A DNA stretch of 61,218 nt, filler included. It is 9 parts of 9 records of this genome, joined end to end, with 100 filler letters (N's around TTAATTAATTAA, not from the genome) between each part and the next. Parts side by side here need not be neighbours in the genome. Positions count along the whole stretch, not along the records: positions 6,100 to 11,669 come from SRR31147125_25617; positions 11,770 to 22,763 come from SRR31147125_25622; 7 more parts are not named here. The stretch is one strand, 5' to 3'. The first letter of the stretch is position 1; each line of letters opens with the position of its first letter. The position numbers were made by a program, and so were the translations under genes. The notes beneath the pieces were generated by a model. It was not told the DNA's origin, did no database searches, and saw nothing but the letters and a program-made list of their open reading frames with translations. Below are positions 9,048-17,961 of the stretch, in pieces.

Positions 9048-9455
9048 CTATTGGCAAACACCTAAACCTTCAATCGTGGCAATGACTTCCCGACCGCTAT
9101 AAATATTAACTGAGCCGGCCTCTCCTTCTGCAGCTGACACCGCATCATCAAGAGAGCTGAAATAATGGATATCTCCTGACCAGTTATCCTTGAACCGGAT
9201 ATTGAGAATCTCAACGCCCATATACCTAATGGCAATATCAAGACCGGCAGCCATACCATTTAAATGTGAATCGTACGAATCTGACAGATCACACTGATCC
9301 ATAAGATAGGCATAATGACCTACAATACTGATGATGACATCTTCTTTAACATCTGGTTCCCTGGTATACCGGTACCTAACGCCGCAATGCTCTAATATTT
9401 CCGAGGAAGGGTTTTGTTTTGAATTGATTTCGGAATGATGGTAAGCTTGATTCAT
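9048..9455 (-). CDS. Phage hypothetical protein (135 aa), first gene of the leftward operon
   Basis: ATG at 9455 with AAAGGAG RBS; no family recognised. Confidence 0.65.
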   Translation of the reverse strand: MNQAYHHSEINSKQNPSSEILEHCGVRYRYTREPDVKEDVIISIVGHYAYLMDQCDLSDSYDSHLNGMAAGLDIAIRYMGVEILNIRFKDNWSGDIHYFSSLDDAVSAAEGEAGSVNIYSGREVIATIEGLGVCQ

Positions 9456-9540
9456 GATCTGTCTCCTTTCATGATACACAACAAAAGAATGGACTATTAC
9501 AGATTAAAATACATTATAACCAACTATTGTCAAGATAAAA
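9456..9540. promoter_or_regulatory. Divergent promoter/operator region of the prophage
   Basis: AT-rich gap between divergent genes; TTGACA on the minus strand at 9533-9528; ACTATT repeated 30 bp apart. Confidence 0.5.
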
Positions 9541-9978
9541 ATGGGTATATCCAACAAAAAATTTACTGAGGCTTTGCGTTTAAAATTTATTGAACTATTA
9601 AAATCAGAGAGAGGTGTTCAAGCTAACCTATCGAAATCAGTAAATAAATCATCCAGTTATTTTAGTGAGGTTAAGAGAGGGAATCCTGTTAACGCTCTGC
9701 ATTTAAAAGCTGTTGAATTAGTCTTTGGACCTGAAAAACTAATTGACTTGTTGGATATAGACAACAAATTAAAGGGCCAAAAGTATACCGAAAGTCAAAA
9801 TTTAACAGCGAAATTTAAAAGGCCAGCTAAAATAAAACAAATATTAGAAGACCTGCTAACACTTGAAACTATTGATTATGATGGATTCGAAGAAATCCAT
9901 AGAATAATAGAAATGAAAATAGAAAGGAAGCAGCCTATACTCGAACAAAAATGCAGTAAAAGAAAAAAAATCAGCTAA
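9541..9978 (+). CDS. Xre/Cro-like HTH repressor
   Basis: RGVQANLSKSVNKSSSYFSEVKRG resembles an Xre HTH; divergent from the structural operon. Confidence 0.62.
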   Translation: MGISNKKFTEALRLKFIELLKSERGVQANLSKSVNKSSSYFSEVKRGNPVNALHLKAVELVFGPEKLIDLLDIDNKLKGQKYTESQNLTAKFKRPAKIKQILEDLLTLETIDYDGFEEIHRIIEMKIERKQPILEQKCSKRKKIS

Positions 9979-10038
9979 ATTCAAAAATTATCATTTTCGA
10001 AGATTATTTTTCAAAACTCAGGCATTAAAGGTTCTAAA

Positions 10039-10936
10039 ATGAAAATTTCCGAGAAAAAAAGATCTCCACGACAGCTTTATCAAAAAAATACAAAATTCCA
10101 ACAAAAGAAATGTTTGCACGCCTCCTGCAAATGGGTCTTATTGAAAAACGTGACGATTTGTGGTGTCTTACGGATTATGGAGTTAAGCAGGGCGGGAAAT
10201 TTGTTGATAGTAAAAAATTTGGAAAATATATTGCTTGGCCAGAAGATATCAAATTAGAAAAAAAATCGGATCAGAAAAATTAGTAACCGCGACTGTTATT
10301 GGAAAAAAAGTTGGTCTTTCTGCTGTCAAGATTAATCACATATTCTCGGAACTCGGATGGCAAAGAAAATATATTAAAGGATGGCGTATAACTATCCAAG
10401 GAAAAAAACATGGCGGTTTACAAGACGAAGATAAGAAGTCTGGAATCCCATTTGTTCGTTGGCCTGAATCAATCTTAGAGTCTAAAATACTTATTAGCTC
10501 TATAGAAGATTTGAAAGGGACAAAAAGTGATGAATCGTCTAATGACGAATCAGAAGCCACCCAAGGAATCCAAGAAAATAACTTCCGGGATAAATTTCCA
10601 GCTAAACATAGAGCAACAGACGGACACTTTGTAAGATCAAAAGCAGAGATGCTAATTGATAATTGGTTATATATGGCAGAAATAGTTCATGCTTATGAGA
10701 GAAAACTACCTATAGAAGAAACCGTTTATTCAGATTTTTACATACCAGCAGGAAAAGTATATATCGAATTCTGGGGTTATGACAACGACCCTAAATATTT
10801 GGCCCGAAAAAAGGCAAAACAGGAAATTTACAAAAAATATGATTTAGACCTTATTGAATTAGAAGATAAAGATGTCCTTAATTTAGATGATGTCTTACCG
10901 GGCCTTCTATTGAAACATGGAGTTCAAGCTTATTAG
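10039..10936 (+). CDS. Tandem KilAC/ANT-like wHTH repeats + C-terminal PD-(D/E)xK (Vsr/DUF559-like) nuclease domain; two homopolymer frameshifts
   Basis: Adding one A at 10054-60 and one at 10258-65 gives one ~299-aa ORF: ISTTALSKKY..W.LT..G...GG..IAWPE and VTATVIGKKV..WRIT..G...GG..VRWPE repeats, then DGHFVRSKAE..SDFYIP..VYIEFWG. Confidence 0.7.
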
Positions 10937-10958
10937 ATGTTTAGCGCATGTTTAGCAC
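10937..10958 (+). repeat. Tandem 11-bp direct repeat, putative integrase arm-type sites
   Basis: ATGTTTAGCGC-ATGTTTAGCAC about 35 bp inside the att core. Confidence 0.5.
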
Positions 10959-10990
10959 CTGCATTGGAAAGGGTTATAAAATAAGCAAGG

Positions 10991-11020
10991 GCGGGGGTTC
11001 AACTCCCCCCGCCTCCACCA
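10991..11020 (+). repeat. ssrA: att site: displaced 3' fragment of tmRNA (T-arm + acceptor strand + CCA)
   Basis: GGGGG-TTCAACT-CCCCC-CGCCTCC-ACCA; would pair with a GGGGGCG 5' end giving a G3:U alanine determinant; no 5' part of the RNA upstream. Confidence 0.75.
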
Positions 11021-11091
11021 TTAAAGCTGTAGTAATTACAGATTATTAGCTTTCAAGGTCTTACACCTTTCACCGGACTTTTACCAAAAAA

Positions 11092-11243
11092 TCAAGTGAA
11101 ATGTAAGGCCTTTTTTATTGCTAATGCATTAAAATAATTGCCAAAATACCTTGAGATTTTACCTTCGTCCGTTTCAAGGCCTTCAACATACTTCCCATAT
11201 ACCTCATACACCATCTTTTTTGATCATGCCCCATCAAATTGAC
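11092..11243 (-). pseudogene. C-terminal remnant of a tyrosine integrase
   Basis: VNLMGH(G)SKKMVYEVYGKYVEGLETDEGKISRYFG: box II His and Tyr region; one base missing; no N-terminal part. Confidence 0.75.
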
Positions 11244-11371
11244 CTGACATGGTCCATGCATTCTTGATCGATCATGGTATCTTCCCTGTTGAATGGGACG
11301 ATATTAAAGATAGGGCCATACTCAACCGGATTATAGAAATAGAGAAGTTGGAGAACCAGGATAAAAAAACC

Positions 11372-11425
11372 GATGCCGCTTCCCTGGCAGAAGAACAGAT
11401 CATCCCCATTGAACACGCTGTATGA
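11372..11425 (+). pseudogene. C-terminal remnant of a DUF433-like antitoxin
   Basis: DAASLAEEQIIPIEHAV-stop overlapping (ATGA) the DUF5615 start. Confidence 0.45.
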
Positions 11426-11669
11426 AAATCTTTGTTGACGAGAACATCCCCCTGTAAACGGTAAAGGAACTTGTGCTCCAGGGGGATGATGTTATAGACA
11501 TCCGGGGAATCCAGGATCAGGGCATCACAGATGAGGTGCTGTGGCAACAGGCTCAGGATCTCAAATGCCTTTTGATCACCACGGATAAAGGGTTCACTAT
11601 ACACAGAGATGAACCCCATCACGGGATTTTAATCATCCGGCTCAAGCAACCCTCCCGGCAAAATATCCA
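11422..11669 (+). pseudogene. DUF5615 PIN-like toxin with in-frame TAA at codon 12
   Basis: MKIFVDENIPL*TVKEL...GITDEVLW...LLITTDKGF...HHGILIIRL; TAA at 11455-57. Confidence 0.75.
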
Positions 11670-11769
11670 NNNNNNNNNNNNNNNNNNNNNNNNNNNNNNN
11701 NNNNNNNNNNNNNTTAATTAATTAANNNNNNNNNNNNNNNNNNNNNNNNNNNNNNNNNNNNNNNNNNNN
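11670..11769. other. Artificial contig spacer
   Basis: N run with TTAATTAATTAA. Confidence 0.99.
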
Positions 11770-11946
11770 TCACTTGTAACCTTTAGGTTGAAAAGCTAAG
11801 GAGTACAGGGTCATATATAGTTTAGCGTATTTGATTTATACTATTGTGGTGGAACAGTTTGTCTACTCTATTAATATACTTTTTATGCTGTTTTAGAATT
11901 TAATATGTTTTATTGAAACATATCATTTGCTGAACTACATTATACC

Positions 11947-12627
11947 TTAAATCAAATAGGGCAAAATCAAAGGCAGGATTAAAATTGTTAAAACCCCAGC
12001 AACAGCGATAACGCTAACAGCAACTGCACCGGCTTCTTCGCTTTCCTCCATAGCTACAAAAGAACCAACTATATGGGAATATAATGAAAGAGCAAGACCT
12101 TTGGAAAACTCATTTTTTGTCTTGGTTACATTTATAATCAGTTTACCGAATATCCCACCAACAAAAGCCGAAACACTAACTGTTAAAACGGCAAGGCTGG
12201 TTTCTGCTCCTAATATTTCATTTAGTGACATAGACATAGGTGTAGTGATAGATTTTGTATAGAGTGAAATAACGATATCGTATGGTAGATTAAATATCTT
12301 TAAAGTGAAATACACAATAAAGGTGTTTAATAGGATTCCAAACAAAACACTAAAGATAAATATGCCAATATGTTTTGAAATAGAAGATTTATTTTTATAA
12401 AGAGGCAAAGCAAGTGAAATGACTCCAAATGACAAGAAATACATCATGAAGTTTCCACCTTTATAAAACTCTTCAACATCTATTTTAAATAGGATTAAAA
12501 CAGAAATTAGCACTATCACTGCTATCATAAATTTATTCAAAAGTACAAAGTTGATCTTTGGTGCAAGATAATCACCTATATAGTATGAAGCAAATACTAA
12601 TAAAATGCTAAATATTGTAGTATCCAT
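11947..12627 (-). CDS. lrgB: LrgB/CidB family membrane protein
   Basis: LALPLYKN, KSITTP, GLALSLYSH motifs; downstream of lrgA. Confidence 0.85.
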   Translation of the reverse strand: MDTTIFSILLVFASYYIGDYLAPKINFVLLNKFMIAVIVLISVLILFKIDVEEFYKGGNFMMYFLSFGVISLALPLYKNKSSISKHIGIFIFSVLFGILLNTFIVYFTLKIFNLPYDIVISLYTKSITTPMSMSLNEILGAETSLAVLTVSVSAFVGGIFGKLIINVTKTKNEFSKGLALSLYSHIVGSFVAMEESEEAGAVAVSVIAVAGVLTILILPLILPYLI

Positions 12628-12628
12628 A

Positions 12629-12996
12629 TCAGTGAACCTCCTTTTTCTTTTTACGCTCAATCATAATATCTACAAACTTCATCATAATTGTCATGGATAT
12701 TATTCCTGTTACAAAACCACATATTATTATTGCAAACCAGTGTTGCTTAAGCATTTCACCATACTTTACAAACGAAGCAACCGCAGGTAAAACAAAAAGT
12801 GACATATTGTTTGAAAAAAAGTTGCACATTCATCAATCGTATGAACTTTTATGAGACCCGATATTAATGAAATAAAGAGTAAAATCATTCCTATAATTGA
12901 GCCTGGTATGAGTATAATACTTTTTAGCGCAAAGCTAATTAGTTCGCCTAAAGCAAAAAGCACAACAAGTAAAAATAGCTGTTTAATTATTTTCAT
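12629..12996 (-). CDS. lrgA: LrgA/CidA holin-like protein (frameshift in the T run at 12814-20)
   Basis: IPGSIIGMILLF and NMSLFVLPA motifs lie in two frames and join with +1 T. Confidence 0.85.
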
Positions 12997-13193
12997 AAAA
13001 CTGTTAAATCCTTTCTGGATGTTCTTGATAGAAAATTTATGTTACTACCCAAAGAATATCAAAAAAAGTCTATCATACAAAGGTTGATTGTACAATACTA
13101 ATGGTTTAGCAAAAGAGTATAAACACTGACGTTGAAAGATAGTACGTTTTGCTGTATCATAAGATATTATCATATTTTACAGGAGGGTTACAT

Positions 13194-14675
13194 ATGGAGA
13201 CGTCTGGAATTACAAAATTATTAGTTTTAGGTGTGTATCTAATTATGATGGTTTTTGTGGGGGTTATATTTTACAAAAAAACATCGAATTTTGAGGATTA
13301 TATATTAGGAGGAAGAAAGCTAAGTAGTTGGACTGCAGCACTCTCTGCTCAGGCTTCTGATATGAGTGGTTGGTTATTATTGGGGCTACCTGCTGCTGCT
13401 TATGCTGGTGGATTAAGTGAAGCGTGGATCGCTATTGGGCTTGCTGCTGGAACATATTTAAATTGGAAATTTGTAGCAAAAAGACTTAGGAAGTATACTG
13501 AGGTTTCGAAAAATTCGCTTACACTTTCAGACTTTTTTGAAAACAGATTTAGAGACAACACAAATATCTTAAGGGTTGTTTCTGGCTTGGTTATTCTTGT
13601 TTTCTTTGTTGTTTATACATCAGCCCAGTTTGCAGCTGGTGCTAAGCTTTTTGAATTAGTTTTAGGAGTAGATTATACGCTTGCATTATTGATAGGTGTT
13701 ATAGTAATTATTGCGTATACCTTTCTTGGTGGATTTATGGCTGTTTCTATGACAGACGCTGTTCAAGGTATATTGATGTTCTTTGCTCTAATCATAGTAC
13801 CTTTTGTAGCTATTGCCGAACTTGGTGGATTTGCCAAATTATCATCAGAGTTTGCAAATGCAGGTGTTGGGTATTCTAATTTGTTTAATAATGCAGATGG
13901 TTCTGCTTTAACAGCTATCTCAGTTATATCTTTAATGGCTTGGGGTCTTGGGTACTTTGGTCAACCACATATTTTGGCAAGATTTATGGCTATTAAATCT
14001 GGTGGCGAAGTTAAAAAAGCAAGAATAATCGCTATGGTTTGGGTTTTAATCGCTTTAGCTGCTGCTGTATTTGTAGGTATGGTAGGAAGAGCATATTTTG
14101 GTGGCGCACTTGAAGATTCTGAGAAAGTATTTATGCTTATGGTAGATGGCATTTTCCCTGCTGTTATAGCAGGTATATTGTTAGCGGCTATTTTGGCAGC
14201 TTCAATGAGCACTGCTGATTCTCAACTCTTGGTTACTGCATCAACTATCTCAGAAGACTTCTATCTAAAATATTTCAAAAAAGACGCAGATGATAAACAG
14301 CTTATTTGGGTTGGAAGAATATCAGTTTTAGCAGTTGCTATAATTGCTGCAATAATCGCTATAGATCCTAACAGTTCTGTGTTTGGTCTTGTATCAAACG
14401 CTTGGGCAGGATTCGGTGCTGCTTTTGGACCAGTTATTATATTGAGTCTATTTTGGAGAAGAATGAACAAATGGGGTGCTATGGCAGGAATTGTATCTGG
14501 TGCTGCTTTTGTATTTATATGGAAAGCCATTGCTGCAAGTGCTACAGCTCCTATATTTAGCCTATACGAGATAGTACCTGCGTTTTTTGCAGCTACTATA
14601 ATGATTTTTGTAGTATCGCTAATAACAAAAGCTCCTGAGCAAGAGATATTAGATGAGTTTGATAGCGTAAAGTAA
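13194..14675 (+). CDS. putP: Sodium/proline symporter
   Basis: DYILGGR, ALSAQASDMSGWLLLGLP, WGLGYFGQPHILARFMA, MSTADSQLL. Confidence 0.93.
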   Translation: METSGITKLLVLGVYLIMMVFVGVIFYKKTSNFEDYILGGRKLSSWTAALSAQASDMSGWLLLGLPAAAYAGGLSEAWIAIGLAAGTYLNWKFVAKRLRKYTEVSKNSLTLSDFFENRFRDNTNILRVVSGLVILVFFVVYTSAQFAAGAKLFELVLGVDYTLALLIGVIVIIAYTFLGGFMAVSMTDAVQGILMFFALIIVPFVAIAELGGFAKLSSEFANAGVGYSNLFNNADGSALTAISVISLMAWGLGYFGQPHILARFMAIKSGGEVKKARIIAMVWVLIALAAAVFVGMVGRAYFGGALEDSEKVFMLMVDGIFPAVIAGILLAAILAASMSTADSQLLVTASTISEDFYLKYFKKDADDKQLIWVGRISVLAVAIIAAIIAIDPNSSVFGLVSNAWAGFGAAFGPVIILSLFWRRMNKWGAMAGIVSGAAFVFIWKAIAASATAPIFSLYEIVPAFFAATIMIFVVSLITKAPEQEILDEFDSVK

Positions 14676-14700
14676 GTATATAGGTAATGATGATTATTAG

Positions 14701-14737
14701 AAGGCTATTGTGATTTTATGTTTGCAATAGTCTTTTT
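14701..14737 (+). terminator. Probable intrinsic terminator
   Basis: AGGCTATTGTGA...TTGCAATAGTCT followed by a T run. Confidence 0.6.
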
Positions 14738-14914
14738 GCTTATACTTGCATATAAATAAAGTGTAAAGGTAAAGTTAACAAATAATCAAAGTTTTTTATA
14801 AGAGTATTTTATTGACTTGGAATAGTTGAACAAGATGCTTATTTATGTTATATTATGATTTGTAATTTGGAAAAATGTAAACAAAAATATTAAAATAAAA
14901 TAAATTGAGGAATC

Positions 14915-17900
14915 ATGAAAAATTTAGGATTAGCAACACCGCAAATTTTGCTGCCAAACAGCAAAGTGAATATGAAAAAATGGACTGTAATAGCTTGTGA
15001 TCAATACAATTCTAACTTTGAGTATTGGAGCGATGTAGAAAAGATCGTTGGCAATAACCCTTCAACACTTCGTATGATTCTGCCAGAAATATATCTTGAT
15101 GATGAAGAAGATACGGAAGCTAGGATTTCTGAAGTTTCTCATTTTATGGAGGATTACCTTTCGGCTGGCGTTATTGAAGCTTTACCAGAAGGCTTTGTTT
15201 TAGTACAAAGAAAATTGCCTAGCGGTGTAAGAACCGGACTTATGGGCATGATTGATTTAGAGCATTATGAGTTTGAAACAGATGCTAACCCAAAGGTTCG
15301 CCCTACTGAAGAGACTGTTTTAGAGCGCATACCGCCTAGAGTTAAGATAAGAAAACCAGCACTATTAGAATCGCCTCATATACTAGTGCTTTTAAATGAT
15401 AAGGATAAAAAAGTTATCGAGCCGATTGCTGCTAAAGCAAAAAAACTGCCTAAACTTTATGATTTTGATTTGATGAAAGATGGCGGTTCTATTGAAGGTA
15501 GCTTTGTTGGTGAACAAGAGGATATAGATCAGATATATGAAAAATTAGCTGAAGTAGATAAAAATACTGATATTTTGTTTTGCGTAGGTGATGGAAACCA
15601 TTCTTTGGCAACAGCAAAAACTGTATGGGATGAGTTTAAGCAAGAATTATCAGAAGAACAAATACTAGACCATCCAAAAAGATTCGCTTTGGTTGAAATT
15701 GTAAACCTTTATGATGAGGGTCTTTCTTTTGAGCCGATACATAGGGTTGTCTTTGGTGTTGATTCTAATAAATTAGTTTCAGACCTTATCAAGCTTTTTA
15801 ACAAGAGCGACATGGATGCTAAGATTTTCTTTAAAAGATCTAGCGCTAGTTCCTTTGTTAAAAATACTGGTGGTCAAACTATAGATTTTATTGCAAAACA
15901 AAAGAGAGGCTATATAAAATTAGATAATCCTAAAAACGAACTTGAAGGTGTAAACTTTCAAAACATTTTAGATGAATATTTAAAGCAAAACCCAGATGTT
16001 AAAGTTGAATTTATACATGGACTTGATGAAGTGGAAAGGCTGTGTGAAGAAAATTATAACACAGGCTTTATTCTTCCAAAGCTTGAAAAAGATAGCTTTA
16101 TAGATGTTTTAGCAAAACAAGGTGTGCTTCCTAAAAATGTTTCTCGCTAGGCGAAGCTGATGAAAAGCGCTTTTATCTTGAATGCAGACTTTTAGATGTA
16201 GTATCCGACATGGGCGAACATGCAGAGTTGACTCCTAGCGATGATTTTGAAGAGGATGAAGAGATTTTGGAAGGTGCCGATGTTCAACAAGAAGGCACTG
16301 ATAGTAAAAAAAATGGTTTTATGACGGAAACAACGAAGATATAATATCTTTTGCATTTTCTGATGATGACGGGTATCTTGACGAAGACGATTTGGATTTA
16401 GATGCCAATATGTATCTTGGCAAAAAAGAGGTTAAGAGACTTAAAAAGCAAAAACGACTCGAAGAGATTTTGGAACATGAGTCTAGTGATATTATTAAAG
16501 ACAATAAGGAATATTTAGATGAGTTTGAGTATGATATTCCTTTAACCAGAAGAGAAAAAAAGTTAATAGCAAAGCAGCGTGAATATGAGATATTGCTTGA
16601 GCAGATAGGCGAAGAAAAAAAGAAAAACGCAAACATAAAAGACGAAGCTGAAGCCTATGATGATAATAAATATGCTCAAAGTAATAATTTTAGCGACCAA
16701 GAGCAAGAGGATTTTGATAATCAGCAAGATGAGATTGAAGAAGTCGAAGAGCTTTTAAATAAAGCTAATCTCACAAGAAAAGAAAAAAAAGCACTTAAAA
16801 AAGAGCAAAAGCTGAAGAAAAAATTAGAAGAGCTTGGTATTGATGAGCAAGACTTAAATGATATTGGGGAATATGAACCTGGTTTAGAATTGGACGATGA
16901 GGTGACAATTGATTCTGAAGATGGTTCGGAGATTGAATTTGAACAGAAAATTAATGAAGATTCTGAGTTTGAGATAAAGCAAGAGGTTTTAGAAAAATCG
17001 GAGCATACAGACGAAGAAGACGATTATGAATTGGAAAATTTAAAAGCAACGTGGGCACAAAGAAAGCAAGAGAAAAAGTTAGAAAAGCAACAACGAATGC
17101 AAGCAATGTTAGATTCATTTGAACAATCGCAAGAAGCTGATGATGAAACTGACTTTGACCAAATAGAAGAGCAAGAGGTTGAGCAAAGCAGAGGACTTTT
17201 TGGATGGAGAGCCAAAAGGGAGAGTAAAAGAAAAGACTGCGGCAGCGCATGGATGAACTTTACGGTGGCCTGGAAGAAGAAAGCTTGGACGCTGACGACG
17301 ATATAAATGAAATGCAAACAGAGCTGGATGATATAAAAGAGCAAGCGAATAATACAGATGAATTAGCGAACGATGATATCATTGAAGAAGAAATCAGCAT
17401 AAAAAGCAAACCTGAACCACAGCGAGAAAAAGCTAGTAAGATTGCGATAAAAAATCAGGCAAGACCAAAGAAGATTAACCCAGAAATTGCGGATGCTTTG
17501 GTTGAAGATGATGAAGAAAATGCTGACTATTCAAACAAGATGTATCTTTTAGAAAAGGTAAAACTTGAGATAGAAAAGGAAAAGCTTGCACTTGAAAGAT
17601 ATAGAATAAAAAACGAAGCGAAGCTTAAAAGACAGATTGAGCGTGACAGAAGACGTGAGATTATGCGAATGAGAAAAGAAAAAGATGGCTTTGCAGTAAA
17701 TGATGGTATCAATCATAAACAGGATGAAAATGACGAAAATAATTTTGCCGATGCTATAGGTGGAGTTATTAAGGAGATTAATAAAGAAAAACCTGAAGTG
17801 AAAGATCTAATTACGAGCACTGGTATTGTAACAACACCTAAAAGCGATTTGGATTCTAAAAAGAAGAAAAAACATAAACGGGGTACGCTTGTTGTTAAAA

Positions 17901-17926
17901 GGTCTGGCAGTAGATATGGTGAATAA
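14915..17926 (+). CDS. DUF1015-family protein fused to a very long acidic/basic low-complexity tail (about 1004 aa after three +1 A corrections)
   Basis: WTVIACDQY, RPTEETV, GDGNHSLATAK, FEPIHR; the conserved end FSLGEADEKRFYLECR continues into the D/E-rich ORFs at 16392 and 17249; shifts at A runs 16133-37, 16306-13 and 17231-34. Confidence 0.72.
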
Positions 17927-17961
17927 AGAATTATAATGTTTATATAGAGGAGAATGGATAA

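Larger units (their letters stand above)
6100..11020 (-). mobile_element. Filamentous phage (inovirus) prophage, partial, integrated at the tmRNA 3' end
   Basis: Co-oriented pV-pVII-pIX-pVIII-(terminator)-pIII-pVI-like genes, divergent HTH repressor, cargo gene and duplicated ssrA 3' end; left end lost at the contig break; no rep, zot or integrase visible. Confidence 0.88.

Noticed and set aside
10991-11020. A complete tRNA or tmRNA gene
   Set aside because: Only the T-arm and 3' acceptor strand are present; the upstream sequence cannot form the rest.
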